From assembly GCF_000007185.1 (NCBI RefSeq), contig NC_003551.1:1590001-1622000 (forward strand): DNA of 32,000 bases. The letters are read 5' to 3'. Below are positions 8,550 to 17,761 of the stretch, piece after piece. The notes beneath the pieces were generated by a model. It saw nothing but the letters and a program-made list of their open reading frames with translations, searched no databases and was not told the origin of the DNA. Both the position numbers and the translations under genes were made by a program. Positions within the stretch are counted from its first letter, which is position 1, and the number at the start of each line of letters is the position of its first letter. This DNA comes from Methanopyrus kandleri AV19. GTDB taxonomy: Archaea; JAADCQ01; Methanopyri; Methanopyrales; Methanopyraceae.

Positions 8550-8981
8550 ATGGCGGAACGATTGCTCGCAGGACACAAAATGTTGGGTATCCATTGCCCC
8601 GAGTGTAAGGTGCCGCTGTTCCAGGACCCGAAAACGGGAACCGTGAGCTGCCCAATCTGCGGAACGGAGTTCGAGGTGGTAGAGGAGGAGGCGAAGAAGG
8701 TCAAGAGAAAAGCGAAGGAGCGCAGGAAGCGGGCTGAAAGTGAGGAGAAGAAGACGAAGTGGGCGGAAAAGAAACCGGAGAGTGGTAAGAAGGAACGAAA
8801 ACCTGAGAAGGAAAAACAGAAACGTAGACCGAGACTCCCAGGTAGTGAGGACGTACGGAAGGCCGCCCTTCAAGTGGTCACCGCCAGGTTGAAGCGGGCC
8901 GCCGAGACGAAAGATCCGGAACACGCCTTGCGGGAGCTGGAAGTTGCCGAGAAAGCACTCGAGATCCTCAAAAAGCTGTAA
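8550..8981 (+). CDS. UPF0148 / Sjogren-scleroderma autoantigen-1-like zinc-ribbon protein
   Basis: 143 aa: AERLLAGHKMLGIHCPECKVPLFQDPKTGTVSCPICG is a CxxC...CxxC ribbon in the UPF0148 context. It is followed by a Lys/Glu-rich low-complexity tail. Confidence 0.7.
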   Translation: MAERLLAGHKMLGIHCPECKVPLFQDPKTGTVSCPICGTEFEVVEEEAKKVKRKAKERRKRAESEEKKTKWAEKKPESGKKERKPEKEKQKRRPRLPGSEDVRKAALQVVTARLKRAAETKDPEHALRELEVAEKALEILKKL

Positions 8982-8991
8982 GCTGGTATTC

Positions 8992-10101
8992 GTGGGGGTG
9001 GTGAACCGCCAGTTCTCGGAGCTAGCGATCGAGTTAGAGTTTGAAGTAGGGGCCGTTCAGTTCTACGACCCCGATGACCAGCCGGGCGACGTCATATCGT
9101 ACGTCCGGGAAGGGCCGGGTAGATTACTGCCCAGGTTCAGGCCCCCGGATGATCAGTGGCTGATTAGGGCGCTCGAAGAACTTCAGCCCGATGTGATAGT
9201 ACCCACCTCGGAGTTCGCCGTCGAAGCGGCGTTTCGGACCTCCAAGAAGCTCGGCGCGGAATACGCGGGCAACGAACCCGAGGTAGTGAACGTCGCGGCG
9301 GACAAGTTGGAGCTGTTCAACAGACTCTCCGACGTCCTTCCCATGCCAGAAACCTCGGAAGATCCCTCGGAGCTCGGCGTCGAGACCTTAGTCGAGAAGC
9401 CCGTACGGGGAGCCGGCGGCTTAGGAGTTCGGAAGGTGAAACTCGACGAAGCCGACCCACGTCCGGGCGTGATCTTTCAGGAGTTCGTACCGGGTCGTCA
9501 CGTCAGCGTGACGTTCGTCTCCGACGGGTCGGATGTCAGGGTACTATCGGTCAACGACCAGCTGATCGACCTGCGATCCGAGTACTCCTACAAGGGGAAC
9601 CTCGTGCCGTCTCCGTACCACCTAGTGCCGAGCGTGAGGGAGGAGGCGCGGAGGGTCTGTGAGGTATTAGTGGACGAGCTGGGCTTGGTCGGTTTGAACG
9701 GTGTCGATGCCGTGCTCAACAAATACGGACTCCACGTCATAGAGGTCAACCCTCGACCGACCGCGGTTACGGAGTGTTTGGCACGGGTATCAGGGGACAA
9801 CCCAATCCGCCTTCACCTGCAAGCCTTCGATGGTAGCTTGCCGGAACGATGGAAGATACGAGGTTGGTCGTGCAAGAGGGTTGTATACGCCCCGAACACG
9901 GTGCGCGTGCCTTATCTCTCATGGACCCGGGACAGGCCGCGCCCCGGTACGGTAATCCCTCGGGGTGAACCGGTGTGTTCAGTCATCGCCTCCTCGAGCA
10001 CGCCTTCCGGGGCCAGATCGATGGCGAAGCGTTTGGAACGGGTGGTGGTGAACCGCTTAGAGCGTGTGTCGTCGACGCCACCCACGGAGGGGTGGTACTG
10101 A
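8992..10101 (+). CDS. ATP-grasp superfamily ligase (COG2232-like carboligase)
   Basis: ~370 aa. EKPVRGAGGLGVRKV, IFQEFVPGRHVSVTFV, GLNGVDAVL...GLHVIEVNPRPT are the ATP-grasp phosphate-loop, hinge and Mg-binding motifs. The likely start is the GTG at 8992, just after the upstream stop; the track start at 8944 overlaps the previous gene. Confidence 0.75.
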   Translation: MGVVNRQFSELAIELEFEVGAVQFYDPDDQPGDVISYVREGPGRLLPRFRPPDDQWLIRALEELQPDVIVPTSEFAVEAAFRTSKKLGAEYAGNEPEVVNVAADKLELFNRLSDVLPMPETSEDPSELGVETLVEKPVRGAGGLGVRKVKLDEADPRPGVIFQEFVPGRHVSVTFVSDGSDVRVLSVNDQLIDLRSEYSYKGNLVPSPYHLVPSVREEARRVCEVLVDELGLVGLNGVDAVLNKYGLHVIEVNPRPTAVTECLARVSGDNPIRLHLQAFDGSLPERWKIRGWSCKRVVYAPNTVRVPYLSWTRDRPRPGTVIPRGEPVCSVIASSSTPSGARSMAKRLERVVVNRLERVSSTPPTEGWY

Positions 10102-11198
10102 GCGACGAACTGCACGGAATAGGGCACGAGGTCGTACTCGTCGATATCTACGGGACGTGCGATGAGGCCCGTCCTTACCCGATCCTCCGTCGGGCCTTCG
10201 GAAGGTTCGACTTCATCGCCGTTCCAGTTCACTGTGGCGTGGATTTCGGAACCGTGGAAGGCCCACGGGTGACTCATCACGCACTCGCCGGAGCCCTCGC
10301 GGCTCGGTATAAGCAGGATTTCCTCTTCGAGGTTACCGGAGTAAGAGGGAAGACGACGACCGCGACTTACCTCGCGTGGATACTGGAAGAGGCGGGACAC
10401 CGGCCGGCCCTGTCGACCACGGACGAGTCCCCAGTAGGTCGGCCTTCGGTCACGCCCGCCCGCGTCGTCGAAGTAGTACGCGAGACGAGCGGACCTTACG
10501 TTTGTGAGGTTTCGTTGGGGGTTACCTCGGCGGCGGACTACGCGGTGTTCACAGGGGCCCCTTACGACTACCCGATAGCCGGCGGATCGTCGTCCGCACT
10601 CCGCGCGAAGAAGAAGACGTTACTGGAATCGGGCGCCGAGGTAATGATCGAGTACCGTGAAGCGGTGAAGCTTTCGCTGGTGGGTCCTAAGGTGCATCGG
10701 GTCCACACTTCCGACGGGACCGTGAAATGTGACGACATCTGTGTCGAGTTCGAAGCTTTCGACATCCCGTTCCACGACCGCTGCTTCGGGCTCGCGGCCG
10801 CGACCGCCTTAACCTCCGGCCTGGCGGACCGTGAGGACGTAGAGGCGGCTCGGGCTCGGGGACCCGTCCCCTCCCGCCTTGAACTCAGGAGGAACGAGCT
10901 CGTCGACGCACATTCGGCGGTGAACGAGCAGACCGTACGGTACGCGCTGAGCGTGGCTTCGGATTTGTGGGGTAGGTACGGGGCGGTGATCGGAGGCACG
11001 TTAGGCGGTTACTGTGAGGGAGTCGATCCGGAAGCCGTGGCGGAGGTCCTGCAGGAACGTATCGAGAGAGGCGAGTTAGTAGCACTGAAACTGAAAGGAG
11101 AACTCGGACGGGAAGTCGAGCGGCACCTTGAAAACGTCGATCTACCGGAACCCGGACCGGATACTCCCATCGTCAGGATCGTCCGCAAAGGTGATTAG
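10092..11198 (+). CDS. Mur-ligase-family protein (candidate pseudomurein peptide ligase or CfbE-like coenzyme F430 synthetase)
   Basis: P-loop FEVTGVRGKTTTATYLAWILEEAG, followed by YVCEVSLGVTSAADYAVFTG, the Mur-ligase central-domain motifs. The 5' boundary is unresolved. The frame is open from GTG 9975. The first in-frame start after the ATP-grasp coding signal ends is GTG 10092, which would cut off the CVVDATHGG strand-loop of the N-terminal Rossmann-like domain (see finding). Confidence 0.65.
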   Translation: MVLSDELHGIGHEVVLVDIYGTCDEARPYPILRRAFGRFDFIAVPVHCGVDFGTVEGPRVTHHALAGALAARYKQDFLFEVTGVRGKTTTATYLAWILEEAGHRPALSTTDESPVGRPSVTPARVVEVVRETSGPYVCEVSLGVTSAADYAVFTGAPYDYPIAGGSSSALRAKKKTLLESGAEVMIEYREAVKLSLVGPKVHRVHTSDGTVKCDDICVEFEAFDIPFHDRCFGLAAATALTSGLADREDVEAARARGPVPSRLELRRNELVDAHSAVNEQTVRYALSVASDLWGRYGAVIGGTLGGYCEGVDPEAVAEVLQERIERGELVALKLKGELGREVERHLENVDLPEPGPDTPIVRIVRKGD

Positions 11199-11231
11199 AC
11201 TGAAGGCGGACGCGGCGCGGGGGTTCGTCCG

Positions 11232-11696
11232 TTGGCGGAGGTTCAGAGGGAGTTCGTTATGATCAAGCCGGACGGCGTGGTCAGGGGTCTGGTCGGAGAG
11301 GTGATCCGACGTCTCGAGCGCAAGGGTCTCAAGATAGTCGCGCTGGAGATGCGTCAGCTCGACCGCGAGACGGCGGAGAAGCTCTACGAAGAACACCGAG
11401 ACAAGCCATTCTTCGAGGATCTCATCGAGTACGTGACATCCGGCCCCGTCGTGGTGATGATAGTCGAAGGCCGGAAGGCCGTGAAGGTCGTGAGGAACAT
11501 TATCGGCGCGACGGATCCCGCCGAAGCTGCACCGGGTACGGTCCGCGGAGATTTCGCGCTGGATATCGGCAGGAACGTGGTACACGCCTCCGACTCTCCG
11601 GAGTCCGCCGAGCGGGAGATCGAGATAGTGTTCGGCAAGGACCTATCCACGATAGATTACGAACGATGCGACGAGGAGTGGCTGTACGAATCATAG
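11232..11696 (+). CDS. ndk: nucleoside diphosphate kinase
   Basis: 154 aa: [35 protein letters not shown]...TVRGDFA...NVVHASDS contains the catalytic His motif. TTG start. Confidence 0.95.
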
Positions 11697-13013
11697 GAGC
11701 TTCTCGAGCTCTAGAAGGAACTCCTCCAGCCGATCTTCGGGGACTTCGGCACCCGCAGCCCTCTCGTGTCCCCCTCCTTCTCCATCCACGCGATCAGCCG
11801 CCTCTTTGATCACTTCGGCGGCATCCACATCCGAGTTCTCCGGACAACGTATCGACACCTTCACGAGACCCTCTTCCATTTCAGCCACACCTACGGTCAC
11901 ACGCTCCCGCTCCTCACACACGAACTGGGCTACGATTCCCACTACGGTGTGCGGGATCCCGAGCTCGCGACCGTCGATCACTACCATGCTCTCTCGGTCC
12001 GTGATACCTTCTCCGCGACTCAGCCTACTCAATGCTTCCCGGATGATGGCCTTGTGCTTGCTCCTGAGCTTCTTGGCCAGCTGGAGGGGATCCCAAGACC
12101 CCATGGCGATCAGGACACCCGCCCACCCCTCCCCGTATCTGCCGCAGGCGTTGAGGAGCGTAGCCGTCTCTAAGGGATCTCGAAGGGCCTTGAGAGGACG
12201 CTCCTCGTCGAACACGTGGATGCGACCCGTCTTGGACTCGAGCTCCTTCCTCTTCTCACCGCTCAAAAGTTCTCGATGTTCTCGAACTATTTCGGCTTCA
12301 TCTTCTCGACTCAAATCCACGGGGGCCACGTCTAGATCGCCGAATCTGGCCTCTAACGCCTCCCGCACCGAAGCGCCGGAAACGCGCTCCACGATCTCCC
12401 CTACGGTCATCGACGCGCGTCCGAACACCCAGTAGGCTGGGTCTCGGATCTCGATGATTTCGTGCTTCTCCCCGTCCTCCTCCGGCACCCTGTTCAAGCC
12501 TCGAACTCCTCTCTTACCGGCTTGATTGTCACCGTAGGCGCCGACCAGCGCGGCTTTCGGCAGACACGTCTCTTCGACTTTAACCACGCGTCGGCACAGC
12601 AAGTACGCTACTGTGGAAGCCGAAGCTTCCGTACCACCGTCGACACCGTGCTCTCGTGGGTTCACCAGAAGTACGTTGTCCGAAGGTTTCGACGAAATCT
12701 CGTGGTGGTCGATGACGAGCACGGGGTGGTCGTTCCGTAGCTTGTCCAGGATCCCGCTCCCCATATCCACGACCACGGTAGGGCCGTCAAGATCCTCCTT
12801 TAACAGCTCCGTTTCCGTGTTCAGTACCCGAAGCCGTGTGGGTACCTCGAGGCACCGGAGCGTGAAGGCCATCAGTGCCCCTGCCGTGAGCCCGTCCGCG
12901 TCGTTGTGAACGTAGAGGCGGACGGCAGTTCCCTCCAGATCTTCCAGGAACTCGACAGCTTCTTCCAGAGTACCTTCGAACCCGTCATCGCTCAAGGTAC
13001 CGCCCCGCTTCAC
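11691..13013 (-). CDS. DHH/DHHA1 phosphoesterase, archaeal RecJ/Cdc45(GAN)-like
   Basis: 440 aa: [13 protein letters not shown] (DHH motif I-II), VIDHHE (DHH), [12 protein letters not shown] (DHHA1 GGGH). Confidence 0.8.
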
Positions 13014-13094
13014 CCCCAGCTGGGCATCTACCGAGTTGTAGCCATCGGGCGATCGAACGTTAATAGAATCGTAACAATTGGGCGAGGCGAGAGC

Positions 13095-13544
13095 TCATTC
13101 CACGTGGAGGGCCTCCGGGTCGTACTTCCAGTCCTCTGGTAGGACTCCCTTCCGCTTGTAGTACTTAACCAACCTATGAATCTTGGACTCGATGAGCTGG
13201 AGTCCCCGCTTCGAGTGCAAGTCCTTTGGATGTCGCTTCAAGTGCTCGCGCACTCGCTTGGCTCTGCGAATCAAGTTCAGCAGGTCCTCCGGAAGTTCCG
13301 GGGCCAGCCCGTGCTCCTCGAGGATCTCAGTGATTTTCTTACCGGTAATTAATTTGACGTCGGGTATACCGTACTCGTCACGCAGCTTGATACCTATCAT
13401 GGCGGGTTCGTAACCCTGTTTGGCCAGGTCGACCACCAGACTCTCCACTTCCTCGGGCGAGTACTCCACCCACGACGGGGGAGCTACTCTGGGGGGTCTG
13501 GTTGATCCTGACTTGCCTCTGTCACGTGAATGCATACGCGCCAA
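13095..13544 (-). CDS. rps15: 30S ribosomal protein uS15 (S13e type)
   Basis: 149 aa: [17 protein letters not shown]...[14 protein letters not shown]...[29 protein letters not shown]. Confidence 0.95.
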   Translation of the reverse strand: MARMHSRDRGKSGSTRPPRVAPPSWVEYSPEEVESLVVDLAKQGYEPAMIGIKLRDEYGIPDVKLITGKKITEILEEHGLAPELPEDLLNLIRRAKRVREHLKRHPKDLHSKRGLQLIESKIHRLVKYYKRKGVLPEDWKYDPEALHVE

Positions 13545-13550
13545 GACTGA

Positions 13551-14117
13551 TCACCTCCCCGCCACGTTATTCTTGTACCACTCCGCGAACCTCTCGAGCG
13601 CCTTGGTCCGGTGCGATATTTTACACTTTTCCTCGACTCCCAGCTCCGCGAACGTACTGTCTTCACCCTCCGGGATGAAGATAGGATCGTAGCCGAAGCC
13701 CTCTTCACCTCGGGGTTCCTCCGCTATCCGCCCGCGGATCTCGCCGGTGAAGGTTACCGGTCGACCGCCGGGCTCGCAGTAGCCTACGACCGAGATGAAT
13801 TCGGCCTTGCGGTTCTCCTCCCCCTCCAACAACTTCAAGATACCCTCGTTACCGATCGTGTCGAACACGTAGGCGGAGTACGGCCCTGGGAACCCGTTCA
13901 AAGCTTCGATAAACAGGCCCGAGTCTTCGACTATCACCGGCTGACCCAACGACTCAGCACAGTACCGGGCCCCGTAGGCGGCGATCTCCTCTAAGCTGTC
14001 AGATTGAAGCTCCGGGTAGTCGAGGTCAACGCGCTCGACTTCGATGCCGTACCGCGCTAATATCTGCTTGGCCTCATGGTACTTTCCGATATTGCCCGTT
14101 GCAAATAACACTTTCAT
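13551..14117 (-). CDS. non-canonical purine NTP pyrophosphatase (Ham1/RdgB, dITP/XTPase)
   Basis: MKVLFATGNIGKYHEAKQIL...EDSGLFIEALNGFPGPYSA...FGYDPIF...KCKISHRTKAL. The start is taken at the MKV ATG (14117) rather than the track start (14132). Confidence 0.9.
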   Translation of the reverse strand: MKVLFATGNIGKYHEAKQILARYGIEVERVDLDYPELQSDSLEEIAAYGARYCAESLGQPVIVEDSGLFIEALNGFPGPYSAYVFDTIGNEGILKLLEGEENRKAEFISVVGYCEPGGRPVTFTGEIRGRIAEEPRGEEGFGYDPIFIPEGEDSTFAELGVEEKCKISHRTKALERFAEWYKNNVAGR

Positions 14118-14189
14118 ATTCCATCCACCCAAGGTTTAAATTCGAGTAAAATGGCGTTTCGACGAAAAATCTCAAGGGAGTGATATAAG

Positions 14190-15986
14190 TTGTCCGAGAG
14201 TAATAAAGCCATACGACAACCGATAATTTCGGTACTTGGGCACGTTGACCATGGGAAGACCACCCTCCTAGATAAGATCCGCGGTACCGCCGTAGCGGCG
14301 AAGGAGGCCGGGGGTATCACCCAGCACATCGGGGCTTCGGAGATCCCACTGGAAGTTGTCAAAGAGATCTGTGGACCGTTGCTCGAACAGCTGGATGTGG
14401 AGATCACGATACCCGGACTATTGTTTATCGATACCCCGGGTCATGAAGCTTTCACTAACCTTCGAAGGCGTGGAGGAGCACTAGCCGACATAGCGATCCT
14501 AGTGATCGACATCATGGAAGGCGTGATGCCACAGACTGAAGAGGCCCTTAGGATACTCAGGAGGTACCGCACCCCGTTCGTCGTCGCCGCCAACAAGGTG
14601 GACAGGGTGCCGGGCTGGAAGTCCCACGAGGACACTCCTTTCCTCGAGTCGTTCCAGAAGCAGTCCCCGGAGGTACAGCAGCGGCTGGAAGAAAAAGTCT
14701 ACGAGCTCATCGGACAGCTCCACCAGCATGGGTTCCAGGCGGAACGCTTCGATAGGGTGAGGGACTTCACGAGAACAGTCGCGATAGTTCCCACGAGCGG
14801 GGTCACAGGGGAAGGGATTCCGGAGCTGCTGATGGTCGTGACCGGACTGGCACAGCGCTTCCTGGAAGAGCAGCTGAAAATAGAGGTGGAAGGTCCCGGA
14901 AAGGCCGCGATCCTGGAGGTCAAGGAGGAACCGGGACTCGGCCACACGGTCGACGCAATCCTCTACGACGGTATCATCCGAACGGGCGACACGATAGTCA
15001 TCGGTCATCCAGAAGAGCCGATCGTCACCCGGGTGAGATCCCTGCTGAAGCCGAAGCCTCTGGACGAGATGCGCGACCCGAGCGACCGATTCCGTAAGGT
15101 GGATGAGGTGACGGCCGCCGCCGGTGTGAAGATCAGTGCCCCGGAGCTCGAGGAGGCCGTGGCCGGCGCCCCGTTACGCGTTGTCGGGGAAGACGAGGAC
15201 GTCGAGGAAGTCGTGCGCGAGGTCCAAGAGGAGGTCGAGGAGGTCACCATCGAGACCGACCAAGAGGGAATCATCATCAAGGCCGACACCCTGGGAACCC
15301 TGGAGGCCGTCGTCGGGGAGTTCAAGGAAAAGGACGTTCCGATCCGCAAGGCCGACGTCGGAGACATCACCAAGAAGGACGTCATCGAGGCGCACGCGGT
15401 CGCGGAGAAGGATCCGCTACTCGGCGTGATCGTAGGGTTCAACGTAGGGGTCACCGAAGAGGCGCGGGAGCTGGCCGACGAGTACGACGTCGACATCATC
15501 ATCGACGACGTGATCTACGAGCTAGTCGAGAAGTACGAGGAGATGGTCGAAAAGCGGATCGAGCGAGAGCGGCGCAAGCGCCTGGACGAACTCGTACGTC
15601 CCGGGAAGATAAAGGTGCTCCCCGGGTACATCTTCCGCCAGAGTAAGCCGGCGATCGTCGGCGTTCAGGTCTTGGCGGGTGTGATCAAGCCCGGGTATCC
15701 ACTGATGCGAGAGGATGGTAGGGAACTCGGGGAGATCAAGCAGATCCAGATGCACGGTGAACCGATTAAAGAGGCGAAGAAGGGACAGGAAGTGGCCATA
15801 TCCATCGAGGGTCCCATCGTCGGTAGACACTTCGAGGAGGGCGATATCCTGTATACGGACGTACCTTCCGAGCACGCGAAGCTCATGTTCGAGGAGTTCA
15901 AGGATCTCCTGACGGAGGACGAGTTGGAGGCCCTTAAAGAGATAGCCGAGATCAAACGCAAGGAAGACCCGTTCTACGGGATGTAA
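14190..15986 (+). CDS. infB: translation initiation factor aIF5B (IF-2)
   Basis: 598 aa. GTPase motifs are GHVDHGKTTLLD, DTPGHEAF and NKVD, and the domain II-IV layout follows. TTG start with a GGGAGTGAT RBS. Confidence 0.95.
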   Translation: MSESNKAIRQPIISVLGHVDHGKTTLLDKIRGTAVAAKEAGGITQHIGASEIPLEVVKEICGPLLEQLDVEITIPGLLFIDTPGHEAFTNLRRRGGALADIAILVIDIMEGVMPQTEEALRILRRYRTPFVVAANKVDRVPGWKSHEDTPFLESFQKQSPEVQQRLEEKVYELIGQLHQHGFQAERFDRVRDFTRTVAIVPTSGVTGEGIPELLMVVTGLAQRFLEEQLKIEVEGPGKAAILEVKEEPGLGHTVDAILYDGIIRTGDTIVIGHPEEPIVTRVRSLLKPKPLDEMRDPSDRFRKVDEVTAAAGVKISAPELEEAVAGAPLRVVGEDEDVEEVVREVQEEVEEVTIETDQEGIIIKADTLGTLEAVVGEFKEKDVPIRKADVGDITKKDVIEAHAVAEKDPLLGVIVGFNVGVTEEARELADEYDVDIIIDDVIYELVEKYEEMVEKRIERERRKRLDELVRPGKIKVLPGYIFRQSKPAIVGVQVLAGVIKPGYPLMREDGRELGEIKQIQMHGEPIKEAKKGQEVAISIEGPIVGRHFEEGDILYTDVPSEHAKLMFEEFKDLLTEDELEALKEIAEIKRKEDPFYGM

Positions 15987-16042
15987 CCTCGATACCGCCG
16001 ATGACGACAAACCTGGGCTCGGATCCCGTGAAGAGCCGTGTC

Positions 16043-16858
16043 CTAGCCGAGGCGGCGTCGCGGCACTATCGCCGGGAGAACGGGTACTGTGACGTTCGCC
16101 GAACCCGAGGCCGGAGTCCGCGACTGACCACGACGCAGCGCACCCGTCAACCGCAGGAAGGCCAGGGCCGCGTGGTACGCCCTCTCAACGCCCGACGGAC
16201 CCGCATCACGTGGCACCTCTAGAGTGATCACGTCAATTCCGAACCGGCGCGCCACGGATCTTATCGAGCCCCTCGGGGCGCTCTTTACTAAGGGCACGAA
16301 TCCTGAGGACCTCGCCAGCTCGTCCACGAATTCACTCTCCTCATCGGTTAAAAGCGCTCCCTGGCGAGGTACCCCACTACCGCAGTGCATATCCAACCAG
16401 TACTTCACCCTATGGGAGAGCGCGAACCGCACGAGATGCCACGTCAGGGATCCGGGTATATCCGCTGTCCGGTTAGGATCTACGCCGTCGACTAACCTCG
16501 AGTTGGCCGCCAGCCCCGCCGGGTTGACGGCGGGGATCACGTATACAGTACCTATTACGGAAGTCGGACTCAGCGCGTCCAACAACTTCAACAACGCTAT
16601 CACTGTCCACACCTCGTCGCCGTGGACACCGGCGGTCAAAAGCACGGCCGGTCCGGGACCTCCCCGGAACTCGAAGACCACGGTGCCTTCGACGGAGTGT
16701 CTGTAAACCACCTCCGAGCGTGGGCCGTGGGGCGCGTGCTGGACTAAAACGGGGTTCTTCAGTATGTTACCCTTGGAACCCCAATCGTACACCGTCCACA
16801 CCGCCTCACAACATCCGGACGTCGGGAGCGCTAGCAGGACTAACAGAACCGCGATCAA
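16043..16858 (-). CDS. secreted/lipoprotein M14-like zinc hydrolase (succinylglutamate desuccinylase/aspartoacylase family)
   Basis: 271 aa. N-terminal signal with a lipobox-like LALPTSGCC. GVHGDE, NPAG and DMHCG fit the AstE/AspA zinc-ligand pattern. Confidence 0.7.
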   Translation of the reverse strand: MIAVLLVLLALPTSGCCEAVWTVYDWGSKGNILKNPVLVQHAPHGPRSEVVYRHSVEGTVVFEFRGGPGPAVLLTAGVHGDEVWTVIALLKLLDALSPTSVIGTVYVIPAVNPAGLAANSRLVDGVDPNRTADIPGSLTWHLVRFALSHRVKYWLDMHCGSGVPRQGALLTDEESEFVDELARSSGFVPLVKSAPRGSIRSVARRFGIDVITLEVPRDAGPSGVERAYHAALAFLRLTGALRRGQSRTPASGSANVTVPVLPAIVPRRRLG

Positions 16859-16865
16859 CCCTCCG

Positions 16866-17216
16866 TCACCTCAGTAACGGCAAGTCGCCCGTAACTCGGT
16901 CGATCTCCTCCTCGCGCTCGGGTCCGATTCCGAGACAAGTTACCGTTCCGGGCTCTAACTCCGTGAGCCCCGCGTCTCGGACCAAAAACGACGGTAAGCC
17001 CCTCCTCTTAGCCAGCTCGTGGAGCTCCAGGAGTTCCTCCTTGTCCTTACACTTGAGCACTACCTTCTTCTGACCTTCTCTTAACCACTCCTCCACCGGC
17101 GCCCCGGACTCTTTGGCGCGTAGAAAGGCTCCCAGTGATGCGTGCGCCACCTGGGCCGCGAGCTTCCCACGACTGAGTTTCAGGTCTCCTCTAACCACGA
17201 TCACCTGTTTGTACAA
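16866..17216 (-). CDS. pth: peptidyl-tRNA hydrolase, archaeal Pth2 type
   Basis: 116 aa: [29 protein letters not shown]...VVLKC...[24 protein letters not shown] start. Confidence 0.92.
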   Translation of the reverse strand: MYKQVIVVRGDLKLSRGKLAAQVAHASLGAFLRAKESGAPVEEWLREGQKKVVLKCKDKEELLELHELAKRRGLPSFLVRDAGLTELEPGTVTCLGIGPEREEEIDRVTGDLPLLR

Positions 17217-17297
17217 GGTGAACCCCCTCGGCTGAGAGGAGTCTCGTCACAGACTCGGCCCGTCAGCTCCTCTTCATTGGGGCCCGTAAGACACCGG

Positions 17298-17314
17298 CGA
17301 AACTTTATTTATTT
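17298..17314 (+). promoter_or_regulatory. BRE/TATA promoter element of the L7Ae gene (may serve the divergent pth gene as well)
   Basis: CGAAAC followed by TTTATTTATTT (17304-17314) is the only AT-rich box in the 173-bp divergent spacer. It sits ~76 nt upstream of the rpl7ae ATG. Confidence 0.55.
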
Positions 17315-17348
17315 CAACCGAGCGTCGGACGCCGGACGAGGAGATCGA

Positions 17349-17378
17349 CCACGAGGATGAGGATGAACCGATGAGTGG
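17349..17378 (+). promoter_or_regulatory. candidate box C/D-like kink-turn in the rpl7ae 5' leader
   Basis: Stem CCAC (17349-52) pairs with GUGG (17375-78). There is a 3-nt bulge GAG (17353-55), tandem sheared G.A pairs GA (17356-57) with GA (17373-74), and U.U (17358/17372). The 3' stem strand runs into the SD GGGGUGAU (17377-84), 6 nt before the ATG at 17390. C-like box AGGAUGA, D-like box AUGA. Confidence 0.35.
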
Positions 17379-17389
17379 GGTGATGGTTA

Positions 17390-17761
17390 ATGTCCAAGCC
17401 CATGTACGTGAAGTTCGAGGTCCCGGAGGAGCTGGCCGAGAAGGCCTACGAGGCCCTCGAGATCGCTCGGGACACCGGTCGTATCCGTAAGGGCACCAAC
17501 GAGACCACCAAGGCCGTCGAGCGCGAGGAAGCCGTACTCGTGCTGATCGCTGAAGACGTGGACCCCGAGGAAGTCGTCGCTCACCTACCGGAGCTCTGCG
17601 ATGAGAAGGGCATTCCGTACGTGTACGTCCCGAGCAAGGACGAGCTGGGTGCCGCCGCCGGCATCGACGTAGCCGCAGCCAGCGCGTGCATCATCGATCC
17701 CGGAGACGCCAAGGACCTCGTGGACGAGATCATTGAGAAGGTCGAGGAGCTACGTGAGTAA
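17390..17761 (+). CDS. rpl7ae: 50S ribosomal protein L7Ae (K-turn binding protein)
   Basis: 123 aa: [67 protein letters not shown]. Confidence 0.97.
   Translation: MSKPMYVKFEVPEELAEKAYEALEIARDTGRIRKGTNETTKAVEREEAVLVLIAEDVDPEEVVAHLPELCDEKGIPYVYVPSKDELGAAAGIDVAAASACIIDPGDAKDLVDEIIEKVEELRE

Noticed and set aside
14499-15502. 169-aa, 165-aa and smaller ORFs antisense to infB; likewise 19483..20286(+) antisense to guaB, 30018..30506(+) to srp54 and 30813..31235(+) to ftsY
   Set aside because: All lie opposite strongly supported conserved genes and have Ser/Thr/Pro/Arg-biased antisense composition.
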